Shown: piece by piece, positions 13,671-26,567 of the stretch | How positions within the stretch are numbered: the stretch's first letter is position 1 | How the letters are laid out: each line of letters begins with the position of its first letter | Assembly (NCBI GenBank): GCA_951406725.2 | Contig: OX597819.1 | Location: 68,572,001-68,636,000 of the forward strand | Direction: 5' to 3' | Source: Octopus vulgaris | Taxonomy: Eukaryota | Length of the DNA: 64,000 nt | Position numbers and translations under genes: made by a program | Notes under the pieces: model-generated | The model's database searches: none | Seen by the model: the letters and a program-made list of their open reading frames with translations, nothing else | Told to the model about the DNA's origin: nothing

Positions 13671-13674
<4 letters not shown>
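13006..13674. mobile_element. Partial-tandem plus inverted non-coding element between (TA)n arrays (Penelope/retrozyme-like architecture)
   Basis: Direct repeat 13006-13077 / 13510-13581 (period 504); inverted repeat 13336-13430 / 13580-13674. Confidence 0.7.
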
Positions 13675-13717
<43 letters not shown>

Positions 13718-13837
13718 CAATTTCTGCACTTTAATCGGATTTTTTATTTGCTGCCGATTGAATCTGCTATTGCGCGGAGGATTTGAAAAATTATAATATA
13801 TAAGGATGAGACACGTGTTATTTGCTCTCTAATTTAT

Positions 13838-13908
<71 letters not shown>

Positions 13909-13914
13909 ATACAG

Positions 13915-14075
13915 TCATGACAGTGTAGTAAGAACCTTGCTTCCCAAAGACATGGTTCCAGATCGTGTTCCTCTGCGTGGCTCCTTCGACAAGCGTTTTC
14001 TACTATAGCCTCGGGTCGACCAAAGCCTTGCGAGTGGATTTGATAGACGGGAATTGCAAAAGCCCTTCGTATGTG
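13915..14075 (+). mobile_element. SINE family A, 5' part
   Basis: Matches family A head and body. Confidence 0.8.
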
Positions 14076-14082
14076 TGTGTGG

Positions 14083-14150
<68 letters not shown>

Positions 14151-14313
14151 CTGTGTCTGTTTTAACGAACGGTAATTGAAGAGGTAAACTCAGGACAATC
14201 AGCAACTTCTCAAACTTAAAACACGTAGACCAAATTTTTTTTAATGTTTTTTTTAAATACATATACATGAATACATATTAATACAGATCAATACGAATCT
14301 CTCTCTCTCTCTC

Positions 14314-14357
<44 letters not shown>

Positions 14358-14420
14358 GTTTATACTGTTGGCGATTTTTTTTCCTCCGTCTTCCCTTCCT
14401 TGGATCTTTCCTTTTCCTAT

Positions 14421-14455
14421 GTTTCTGAAGAAGAGCTCCGCTCGAAACGTTAAAT
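14421..14455 (+). ncRNA. Minimal type I hammerhead motif (Penelope-type) in a ~200-bp repeat family (14356-14500)
   Basis: GUUU CUGAAGA A GAGC UCC GCUC GAAAC GUU AAAU; paralogues at 22671-22703 and 47892-47924. Confidence 0.75.
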
Positions 14456-15127
14456 CCTCCTTCTTTCCTTCCTTTCCTGAGCGTCCAATAGCACTATACT
14501 TTTTACCGGTGAGCGTGTTAAATTATAAGGCAAGAAACGAAAATGACTCTCCCCAGTCATAGGAGAATATTCTTAAATATACAAACTCATATAAAGAATC
14601 CTGCAAACCGAATCCAAAGACGAACGAATGAAAACTATTGAAAAGTTTGCCAGGCGCAATTAAAATTTAAGAAAAATAAAGAAGGAAACGAATGGAAATT
14701 TTACCGATGAGTGTGTTAAATTATAAGGCACTGAAAGGGAATAACCCTCCCCAGACACAACAAACTATGCTTCAACAGATGAACTCACATAATGAATTTG
14801 CAAACCAAATCCAAAACGAAACAACATATAAATATATAAATAAAATATGAATGAAAAGAATGTAAAATATGTGAGCTGTAAATATGTTGAGTGCAAATGA
14901 AAGAGAACACATTAACAGGAAAATAAATAGAGACTGAAAATAGAATGATAAACTAGCTATAGAAAAAATACAACATATATAAATTATATACAGTAAAAGT
15001 AGGAAGGCGTTGAAATCATCGAACTGCAAAAAAGATTAGACAGTTCACAGAGCAAATAGCTACATTACTAGAACAATTTAGGATTAAGAATTAAGGGTTA
15101 AATCCCGTTATTAGAGGAAGTCCATAT

Positions 15128-15212
15128 GACAGCCGTTTCTGCTGTACATTTTCGGTAAGGTAAAAAGTTCAAAAGTTTAACTTATCCTTGTAAGTAATGT
15201 CCCCTTCATCAG
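15128..15212 (-). ncRNA. Hammerhead-like motif with intact core but poorly paired helices I/II, in element 14501-15270
   Basis: CUGAUGA ... GAAAC GGCU GUC; element has a diverged direct repeat 14501-14630 / 14699-14825. Confidence 0.5.
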
Positions 15213-15734
15213 GAAGACGTCCTCCATAACTAATTACGTCCCAAGAATACATGTAAATTATATTATTACATATATATATATACATATATATACATTTACA
15301 TTATATGTATTAAGATATATGAATTTTTTTTAATATTTAAAAAAAAATCACATCTATGTGTTTTCCGTTTGGGAATTTGTTGATTGACGTGGAGTTGGAG
15401 ATGTAAGCATCGGAAAAAATGGATTAAAATAATGTGGTATGTGATTGTTTGAGAAATACTAAAATATGTCAACTCGCTAAATCGCTGTGAACAGATTTAA
15501 ATTTATGATGAGAAAGTGGAAGAAGATACTGAAGCCCGAATTTGAATAGTTACAAATATTTTGTGTAAGAGAATAGTTGAAAGAATGTTTAAAATGCATA
15601 TAATCTTTTAGAAAGTAAAATAGAAAATAGTTGTCTATCTCAGTTAAATGGAAAGGCAGACACTAGATACTATTTTCTGCTTAACTAATTCGTTCGAAAA
15701 GAGTTATTTATAAGCAAACTTTAGATCAATTTAT

Positions 15735-16500
15735 ATGCACAAAATTTGTTCCAGAAGTTTTGAGATTTTTTGTTTTGAATAGACATTTGTAAAATTCGAA
15801 AATGTGTGAACTCTTTCAAAGTAGGACCTTATATTTTCTATGCACGTTGTGTGAAGGCCCCATTGATGTACTCCCACATGAAGGTATCCAGGAGTCACAA
15901 TGTCCTTCATCTTCTCTTTCACTTTAGGGTACAACAACAAATCCCAGAGGATAAGGTCTGGACAGTAGGTAAAGAGAGGGGCAGTTGTGATGGCCATCTT
16001 TACCTATCTAGTATTTGGTTATCAAGTGAGAAATGAAAACTGGTGCATTGTACTAGTGCAGGTGCTCTAGACCTTGCAACAAAACCACTTCCTGAACTGC
16101 CTCAAAACCATCACAACCTACACTTTGTTAACTGCCTACCCAGAAAGAACCCAGTGAAGGTAGATGACACACTTGCTGTCGAAAGAGTTAACCATTATGA
16201 ACTTCCCGGTGAACTTGCTTTGCCTGGCCTCTTTTGACAGCGAAAAATAGATGCTTGACTCATACATGTTAATCCATATCATTCTGGAACATTTCATAAT
16301 TCTCTGCGACGTTTATCTCATTTTGACACAAAACTTATAGGCGGCTTACAAATCCTCATCACGTCCCGACTGCATTTAGCATGCTAGTCAGCTGTGATAA
16401 GCAATGCAACAGAGATATATGCAAAGCAGTGTTACTGCTGTCTCCTTCACATCAGAATAACAAACGCTGGCAGGCCAGTTTATAAAATGAAAAGTAAAAC
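15735..16500 (-). mobile_element. Decayed mariner transposase remnant
   Basis: YCPDLILWDLLLYPKVKEKMK resembles the YSPDLAPSDF-LFPKLK motif; extent approximate. Confidence 0.7.
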
Positions 16501-16899
16501 TATGCTATAATTTCAGTAATTTAGGACAGATATAACTACCTCGCCTAGAAAACTCTCAAAAGGTCTGGAATGCACCTGGCATTTGGGAACATTTGAACTG
16601 TAAATACGCATGATCACTGTGGTCAGCGAAGGAGAAGAATTCTTACTCTAGGTTAAAGTTGTTGAATAAACCAAAGTTAGTTCAGAGCTTTCACCATGCA
16701 CTAACAGACACATTTCAAGCATTTGTTATTTTTTCCTTTTTGCTGTATTTCTGTATCAGAGAATAAGTGAAGTAACTCTAAACAGATTGGGAAGCTTAGC
16801 TTCTTTATAAAAAAAAAAATCAATAATTATGAACTGATTGCACGCTTCGGCAACCAGGCCGAAATACATATTCAATCTTCAAATTTAAAAAACTTTACT

Positions 16900-17044
16900 A
16901 TCTATTTACATTATTTACATTATTTACAGTTGACGGATATTTGTCCACATCTTGTTTGTTGTTAACACAACGTTTCGGCTGATATACCATCCAGCCTTCA
17001 TCAAATGCCTTGGGGAAATTTCGAACCTGGGTTCTCATGCTAAG

Positions 17045-17130
<86 letters not shown>

Positions 17131-17375
17131 GTTGTTGTTGTTGTTGTTATCATCATCATCATTAATATTATTTTTATTCAAGTAACAGCATGGAATCGAA
17201 CTCGGAGTCATGGGGTTAGTAGCCTGCACTCTTAACCACTACGCCACATGCCCGTGCCTGTGTGTATGTGCACGCGTGCGTGTGCGTGCATATGTATATA
17301 TGTATGTATCCTTCAAATGTAAATAATGCAAATAACGTACATAATTCCTCATCCCTTAAATATACGACAGAACTT
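16900..17375 (-). mobile_element. Composite element: tRNA-like Pol III head + (AAT)n + hammerhead motif + tail, with an inverted copy of the tail on its 5' side
   Basis: Head 17185-17258 (A-box TGGCGTAGTGG, B-box GAGTTCGATTCC); HHR 16964-17009; inverted tail 17322-17375; relatives at 19135-19310 and 40088-40285. Confidence 0.7.
16964..17009 (-). ncRNA. Minimal type I hammerhead motif (C3U in this copy)
   Basis: GGCAU UUGAUGA A GGCUG-loop-CAGCC GAAAC GUU GUGUU; the other two copies preserve GACAC-C upstream. Confidence 0.7.
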
Positions 17376-17964
17376 TATTATTCCATATCATTATCGTACT
17401 ATGATACCATTCCTAATTTAATACAAATAGTATTTTTTAAATGTATTGAGAGTGTTAAGATTCATCTGTAGGGCTGGAATATAAAAATATAGTTTACGCT
17501 GTTTAGAATGAAAAAAAAAGTGCAGCTTTAATATTTTATATATACGAATGTTAGAAATGCATGATAATGTTTTGATCATGTTTGATAATAAAATCAGACA
17601 GCTGCGATAAAATCGGGTACGTTAAAGAATTATGAGAATAACAATTTTATGCTTTTCTGTCAAGATAGGATGAATGTTGAGGCAGTAATATTACAAATAT
17701 ACATATATACAAACACATACATACACATACATAGGCAAATCTATAAATGCGTGTGTGCGCATCCGCGTGTGTATCTGTTTGTGTTTGTGTGAGTATATGT
17801 GTATGCGGGCATGTGTGTGTGTGTGTATATATGTATGTATGGGTGATTGGTTGAGAAGCTTTCTTAGCAAACAATCAACCGGCATTTTACCTTGGGCAAA
17901 TGCCTTTCACTATATCCCAAAGCCTTAACTGTGGCTTTATGAGACGGACACTTATAAACATCCA

Positions 17965-18057
<93 letters not shown>

Positions 18058-18059
<2 letters not shown>

Positions 18060-18353
18060 AGACGCAATGGCCCAGTGGTTAGGCAGCGGACTCACGGTCG
18101 TAGGATCGCGGTTTCGATTCCCAGGCCAGGCGTTGTGAGTGTTTATTGAGCGAAAACACCTAAAAGCTCCACGGGGCTCCGGCAGGGGGGGGTGATCCCT
18201 GCTGTACTCTTTCACCACTCTTTCTCCCACTCTTTCTTCTGTTGGCCTGCTCGCTTACCCAGCAGGGTGGCGTCATTCAAAGGCTAAAACAATGTGAAGC
18301 GCATTGCGACCAGCGATGTGCAACAACATCTGATGGTCTGGTCGATCACGTGA
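18058..18353 (+). mobile_element. SINE family B, tail type 1
   Basis: Homologous to 2609-2877. Confidence 0.9.
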
Positions 18354-18364
18354 TATATATATAT

Positions 18365-18571
18365 ATTACTCTTTTACTTGTTTCAGTCATTTGACTGCGG
18401 CCATGCTGGAGCACCGCCTTTAGTCGAGCAAATCGACCCCGGGACTTATTCTTTGTAAGCCCAGTACTTATTCTATCGGTCTCTTTTGCCGAAACGCTAT
18501 GTAACGGGGACGTAAACACACCAGCATCGGTTGTCAAGCAATGCTGGGGGGACAAACACAGACACACAAAC

Positions 18572-18618
<47 letters not shown>

Positions 18619-18781
18619 TACGACAGTCTTCTTTCAGTTTCCGTCTACCAAATCCACTCACAAGGCATTGGTCGACCCGAGGCTATAGCAGAAGACACTT
18701 GCCCAAGATGCCACGCAGTGAGACTGAACCCGGAATCATGTGGTTGGTTAGCAAGCTACTTACCACACAGCCACTCCTGCG

Positions 18782-18786
<5 letters not shown>
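18365..18786 (-). mobile_element. SINE family A, full length
   Basis: Homologous to 2941-3345. Confidence 0.9.
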
Positions 18787-18841
<55 letters not shown>

Positions 18842-18861
18842 GTGTGTGTGTGTATACAAGC

Positions 18862-18924
<63 letters not shown>

Positions 18925-19134
18925 ACCATATATGCGTACAGGACGTCATCAATAGTTAATAACATGAAATACGAAAAGAAATGATTTGAATACGCAAACA
19001 ACGAGAGAAACAAATGGGAAGCAGGACAAGTAATACAAAGAATGACCTTTCATCAGGTGTCTATCTACTCCTCATTTCAAGTATTGAACGACAATACGAG
19101 TCTTCGAAGACATTTGCTCCCATAAGTACCATCT

Positions 19135-19310
19135 TGATTGTTGTTAACATAATATTTTGGGTGATATACCCTCCAGGCTTCATCTGGTGTCTTGGGGAAA
19201 TTTCTAATCTGGGTTCTCATTCCTAATGTATATTTCGATATTATTATTGTTATTATTATTAATTATTCAGGTTAGTGCCTGAAATCGAACTCGGAATTTT
19301 GGGGTTAGTA
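19135..19310 (-). mobile_element. Decayed copy of the tRNA-head/HHR composite element
   Basis: Collinear with 16955-17225, including the (ATT)n tract and B-box region. Confidence 0.7.
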
Positions 19311-20454
19311 GAAAGAATAAGTCATGGGGTCAATGTGTTCGACTAAAGGTAGTTTCCTGCATGGATACTACCTTTAATATCCATGCAGTCAAATGGCAGA
19401 ATCAAAAAGGAGAATAAAAGAATGTATACATATATATTTGACGATATTTATGCTTGTTTATTTAGGCACAGCTCGATATAGTGGTGAACTGTCATCGGCG
19501 TTCTAGAGCATAACTATTAAAGTTGTAAATTAGGATAAACTGACATCGAAGAGTGGAACCCATCTAAATATTGGGAAAGAGTTCCCTGCATCATGATGAT
19601 TCGCACCGGGTTTCAAAGTGCAACACTATGATTGTTGCTCAATGCTCTATGAACTGTGTAAAGACTGAAACGCTACATGGATGGCTTCGATGGAAATACG
19701 AAGCCGTAACCAGTAGGAAGGGACATACCAGGTGTAGTGACTGTAGCTGCGCACCGGAACGCATCCGACATGTGATGAACAGGGCCTTAGGCTCAATTCA
19801 GACGACTATTTGAAGCTGATAGAGACTGGGGTCAAGCCCTGGAGGAAGATACTTGCTGTTAGAAAGGCATGTGTGTGGCAGTAGATTTGGCTGTCAAAAG
19901 TGATTGTCGGGGATTTGGTACGACTTCACGATACCCGATTTATGACCTCCTAAGTCCTCTAAGAGGATTGCTATGTGGGGTCTGATGGTTCATAAAGGAA
20001 TCAAACACTCTGCCTGCAACACCAATGTCAAGTTCGTGGACAAGTCCAAGTTGTTGGACGAGACCAAGCATAAGTTCGAAGCTCTTCCAACGAACATCAT
20101 GAAGAAGGTACGCCCATGGTTTGTTCCGGAGATGCCTTGAGGCTGTGATGGAGACCGAGGGCGTTACTTTTGTGCAAACCGCTGTCACACAACCATAATG
20201 TACTTGATATTTTAATTTTTTTATATACGTTTATTTTTAAAATAGGATACGGAAATACAAACACTGTGTATATAGCCTGGTTGCTAGAACAACCGACTAC
20301 CGGTCGAATGATCGCGGGTCCGAATTCCAGAACAGGTAACGTATGTGTTTATGGACGAAATAATTAAGCTCCATGCGGCTCTGGCAGAAGGTAATGGCGA
20401 AATTCTGCTGACTATTTCGCCACAACTTCTTCGTCTCGATCTTTCCTCCTGGAA

Positions 20455-20582
<128 letters not shown>

Positions 20583-20619
20583 CATACACAGCACACACAC
20601 ACACACATATAGATATCGT

Positions 20620-20830
20620 TATGGGAATTTCCATTCAAACGCCCGATTCAGCACACAAAAATCGATGCGAAATGAGCATTATCGTGTTTTCGAAAAATTC
20701 CAGCCTTGCTTAAACCTCAAGGCATGTGATGTACCTATGTGCCAAAAATCAATAAAATCTGTTGGACGGTATGGAAGGAGTTAGAGTAACCCCAAACACA
20801 CACAAAGACAGACACCGTTACGCATTTATG
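20620..20830 (-). mobile_element. Helitron-like non-autonomous element, 5' portion
   Basis: Minus strand ATAAATGCGTAACGGTGTCTGTCTTTGTG...GATTTTTGGCACATAGG, typical of invertebrate Helitron 5' ends. Confidence 0.45.
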
Positions 20831-20844
20831 GATACAGATATACA

Positions 20845-20900
<56 letters not shown>

Positions 20901-20924
20901 CATACATTTATATATATATATAAT

Positions 20925-21330
20925 TATAATTATAATAAAGGGTTTTTTGCAACAAGTTGCTTAAACCACATACCGAAAATATTAGAAATAGCAGTCAAAG
21001 GGCTACTATTACTATTACTACAAAAATAAGTCTCCACAAACAACAGTATGTGTAACTCATATACTGTTGTAGACTGTGTGATTTCACTGTCTTCAATCTT
21101 TTTACCATATATGAGTTACAAATACTGTTGTTTGTGGAGACTTATTTTTGTAGTAATAGTAATAGTAGCCCTTTGACTGCTATTTCTAATATTTTCGGTA
21201 TGTGGTTTAAGCAACTTGTTGCAAAAAACCCGTTATTATAATTATATAAATTTTTACCGAATATGGTCCTTTCTACACCGAAAGACCACTAGGTGAAATT
21301 TATTGATTTTATTAAATTAATTATATTTCA
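20925..21330. repeat. 139-bp inverted repeat (20925-21063 / 21108-21246, 2 mismatches) with unique extension, between (TA)n arrays
   Basis: Arms compared by eye; homologous to 39125-39412 in the opposite orientation. Confidence 0.92.
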
Positions 21331-22151
21331 CACGTTATATGTAATATATATATATATATATATTTTTTTTATAAATAAGAAGAATACGGAGATTAATTTA
21401 TCTACATATTGTTTTCTTTCTACAGTCAAATGTACATGTATAATTGACTGTAGAAAGAAGATATGCAAATGTAATCATCTCCGTATTCGTTATATCTGTA
21501 ATGGATATCCTGTCGGTAAAGTATATATAATCCATCAAAGCGAAAACAGGGTTTATCTATCTGATAAAATACAGTGGGATTGCTTGCCTTAAATAATCCA
21601 TGTTGCTCTTTACAACTCGATGCGCTAAGTAATGACCTGGATTACAAGTGAGTTCTCGTACGTACACACCAAAATGAAAGAACTGAGAAATGTGCAGTCT
21701 TTAAACACGTTGCACGTTTGCGATAGTTTGGCACATTCCAAATTCTAGGATGCAATAATCATGCATATTAATCGATCTCATGTGTGATCGACTAAGATTC
21801 TACGCAGATAGAGGTTTAACACCATTCTAGCTTTATCAGACTTGCAAAGCTATTTAAATATTGTTTAATTTTACATTCTTTATATGTTTTTCCACTATTC
21901 TTTGTGACCTTATACTAAATATAATCTGCGATGGAACTTCGGATTTAGAAACACAACAGGCACGGGAAGTAAATTTATGGTCTTTGCAGATTAAAATATT
22001 TATCACCGGATATTTGTGTTAGTTAGCCAAGTATGGTCCCCACACGGTGCTTATAAATGTTCAACTGAACTTTTAAACCATATTTTCATTTCTGCACACG
22101 CACACCCATAAACACATACACATGCTAAATTCATACATATATACACACACA

Positions 22152-22300
22152 GGTGGAGCGCTGTGGTAAAAAGCTTGCTTCCTAACCACATGGTTTCTGG
22201 TCCAGTCCTACTGCGTGGCACCTTATGCTAGTGTCCACTACTCTAGCATCGGGCCGACTAACGTCATTTGAGTTGATTTGCTAATCAGAAACAGAAAGAA
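22152..22300 (+). mobile_element. SINE family A, diverged 5' part
   Basis: Matches family A head. Confidence 0.75.
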
Positions 22301-22392
22301 CCCGGTATTAAACATATATATAAGGAGCTTATACATACATACATGCATACATACATATATATGCACATATATATACATATATATATGTGCAT

Positions 22393-22435
<43 letters not shown>

Positions 22436-22516
22436 GTATGCATACACATATACATACATATATACATACGCATATATACATATATATATACGTATGCATA
22501 TACATATATATACATA

Positions 22517-22571
<55 letters not shown>

Positions 22572-22574
<3 letters not shown>

Positions 22575-22775
22575 ATCCAAACATGAAAACACAGAGAAAA
22601 CACAACAACGCGAGGACGTGGAACAAGTATAGTATTATTAGACGCTCAGGAAAGAAGGAAAGAAGGAGGATTTAACGTTTCGAGTGGAGCTCTTTGTCAG
22701 AAACATAGGAAAAGGAAAGATCCAAAGAAGGGGAGACGGAGGAAAACAAATCCCCATTCGTACACACTCGGTCAC
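22572..22775 (-). mobile_element. HHR-bearing ~200-bp repeat (family of 14356-14500); core mutated
   Basis: Minus strand CUGACAA A GAGC UCC ACUC GAAACGUU at 22671-22703; 3' end abuts (TA)n. Confidence 0.75.
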
Positions 22776-25007
22776 CCTTATGTTGGTATGAATTCAGAAA
22801 TGATTCACATAACTAAACTAATAGAAATTCACTAAAGATAACTGTGTATACAAGTGCCTACTTCGGCCAAGGTAAGAATGTTAGATGTTCACGTTTGCCG
22901 TCGCTTTCACTTATATAGAGAGATAAGAGAAAAACTATTTACTGCTATGTAATAGTAATTTTATAAATACATGTTTTTATTTGCAGAAAATTTTGAAAAT
23001 TGAATTGAAACGTTTGCAGAACGTAATGTATGTAAAAACGAAGGTAGGTTCTAAGTATAAACGTTCTTTTTGACTACTTATTATGGGTGTAATTATATGC
23101 TCCCAATTTGTAACGGATTTACAACCTTGCTTTCGAAATCAACTCTCACATATGTTTGTGTATTTCTCGTCCTAGGCAATGACGTGTTTAGAGTTTACGT
23201 AACGAAAATGTCAATGGGGTCACTTGCATTGAGTACTAAATTCTAAAAATGTCACTCGATGATGGAGAAAATGTCGTTTTGATTGCGCTCCAATGACTGA
23301 TGCAGGTCATTTAGAGTGACAAGTGTGCTGAAGACAATATTGCAATGTATAACCTCCAAACAATTTCACAATCTTTATTCAGAATATTGTGTATATATGT
23401 AATGTCCTCTGAATTGTAGAAGCGTTTGAAACCCAATAGATATCAGGCCTAACTATTAATATTTTAATTGATAATTATATACAATTCTATTATGAAATTA
23501 CTCTATCTAGATATCTAATACCTCTTTGTATCACGGAAATATCACATTATTAATAACACATTTCCTGTTTTGTCAATACAGCCAATCACAGTATTTGCAA
23601 TATCTAAATGGAAACAAGTAAACGATTGCTGCCACATTGAATACCGTTATGAAACAAAGTATGTTGGATAAATAATATTGTACAAGTGTTTGCTATATGC
23701 ATGTTTTTATTCCTTATAATTTGAGTAGCCCAGCGACTGAGGTGATAGGAAATAATACACGCTTGAATTTAATACCTGTCATAGATCATGAAAATCAATC
23801 TGTTACATCGCCAATAGCTGCGTTTCAAATTAACGATTTGTTCTCTCTTTCTGTGTGGAATATTTAAATATTTGACAGCAGCATTTCAAATATAAATCCT
23901 CCATTTTGAAAAGAACAAATAATAAATACAACAATAAAATAAATACGAACGGATCTCCCTCACAAAAATTATTGAAAAATGGACAATTGATTCTAAAGAA
24001 ATATCCAAAAATAATTCCGTACCTTCTAATCTACAAACTGATTTCCATTAAGATATTTTGTGTTAGATATTTTTTTATGTAATTTTTCTCATGTGAGTTT
24101 TATTGTTTTTTAAGGTTTATGAGCAACTTTTAATACAGGTCTTTGAAATTTTTAAAACATTAACCCAATATTAGCTTTTTAACTTTTATTTGTGTTTAAA
24201 ATTAATGCTTCTCCTCCACCATTGTATGTATTCTAATGGAATTCTATTCTGAAACTTCAATACAACTAATTGCAATTCTCAAGCGCCTTTAATTTCTATC
24301 GGCAAGTGCTGACACAGAGAGAAAGAAGGAAGGAGAGAGAAACGATAGAATTATAGGAAAAACAAGTTAATAATTTTATTTAGATTTCGGAGATATAATA
24401 TAGTCAATGCTTTTGCTCTATATTTACACAGCATTTTGTAATTTGAAAACAAACATGAAAAAGTTGATACAATAAGGGGACCCCATAAAATAATTAAACA
24501 GAAAAATGAACAAGAGGAAAACATTGAAGAAAAATAAAATTTTTCCCTGAACAAAAGTATGAAATCCATGGGAATGTAAATAAAATAATTCACCAAAATA
24601 ATCAATGATATAAAATTAAGATAATATAAAATTGATTTTATCTATTATAGAAATGAAATCACACACAAGTGCACGGAAACATATAGGTCTATCTAAACAT
24701 CAAACCACTTCTATCTGTCTAACTTACACTGTTTCCCTTCAATTTTGCACGCACACAAACACACACACACACACCTACACACATACGCACATACACACAT
24801 ACGCACATACACACATAGGCACACGCACATGCACAGACGCAGACAAATACACACACACACACACACATATATATACATACATATATATATTTAATATATA
24901 TATATACATATATATATACATATATAAATATACATATATATATACGTATATACATATACGTATATATATATACATATAATATTTGTAAACACATAAATAT
25001 ATGTATG

Positions 25008-25065
<58 letters not shown>

Positions 25066-25504
25066 GTAGATGCACACACTCGCTTCTTTGTATTTGCATA
25101 CGTACACATGTACATACGTACGGATAGGTTCACGTTTGTTCGTACACAAGTTTGTTTCTTTGTGAGCTTGCGTCTATTTGTATTATGCATCTATATAAGC
25201 GCCAGCAGATTTTCCTCCACCCATCCATCTATCCATACATCCATTTAGCTATGACTGTATTTGTCATTTATAAATCAATCTCCTTCTCTCTGTCAGTCTG
25301 TTATAACACGAAATATCTCATGAATATGATATATATATATGTACGTTCTCTGTTGCGTACACGTACACACACACACACACACACGCATGCACGCACTCAC
25401 ACACGCATACACACACATATATACGCGGGCGTGTTTATATATATATTTTTATAAATACATATATATAGATACACACACATATATATATATATATATATAC
25501 ATAA

Positions 25505-25573
<69 letters not shown>

Positions 25574-25929
25574 TGATGAAAACAAGAATTTTGCAAATAG
25601 CTAGTAATTACAGTTCAACACGATACAATGTGAATACTCTTTGGTTAAAAATGGTGAGCTAAAATTAAAACAAAACACTTGAAATGTATGTTGCTACGTT
25701 ATTATCCATAACAAATTTACTAAATAATAAAGTAGGACATCCTACTTTTGACAGATCTTATAGACCTTATACGTATGAAGACACATACACACGCACATAC
25801 ACACGCATAAAGACAGACGCGTACGCGCGCACTACTTACTCGTCTGTGTATATGCGTACACATATATACAGATAGATATAGATACCTATACACACGCATA
25901 TGCAAAAATATATGTAGACGGAGATGTGC

Positions 25930-25966
<37 letters not shown>

Positions 25967-25985
25967 TGTACGTATGTACGTGTAA

Positions 25986-26026
<41 letters not shown>

Positions 26027-26062
26027 AATATATATATGTGTATGTATATATGTATGCGTATA

Positions 26063-26197
<135 letters not shown>

Positions 26198-26510
26198 CAA
26201 GTCCACAGAAATACACACATACGCAATAATATTTATTATGTTGAAACAATTTTGTTTTGTCATATATACTTGTGGTACTCTTTTCAGTTTTCACATATAT
26301 TTTGCAAGCTATTATCAACAATCTTAATTTTTCCCTCACGCACATACCCTTGTTTTTGGGGGACTTTTTGTTTTTTTTGTATTCGTTTGCTTTCCTTTTT
26401 AAGGAATCTTAAAATATAGACATCATTGGTTCAGTATACTGAGGCGTCGAAACTACTTTATGTTTATAAAAAAGCAAGCAAAATCAGGAAAAAAAACCAT
26501 AAACAGTACA

Positions 26511-26567
26511 TATATCAACGGTTTCAATTTTTGTACGACCAATTATAGCAAAGTGCATCAGAATATA
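26511..26567 (-). ncRNA. Decayed hammerhead motif
   Basis: UAUAUU CUGAUGC ... GAAAC C GUU GAUAUA; 6-bp helix I retained, A9 mutated. Confidence 0.5.

Noticed and set aside
19040-19085. CUU-GAAA...CUGAUGA-AAG, possible type II hammerhead on minus
   Set aside because: Helices I and III do not pair
19480-20200. GC-richer block, probably a decayed LINE on minus (similar case at 51180-51790)
   Set aside because: No motif clear enough to assign a family
26405-26460. Hairpin followed by GAAAC (similar weak cases at 835 and 45625)
   Set aside because: CUGANGA core absent; not distinguishable from chance
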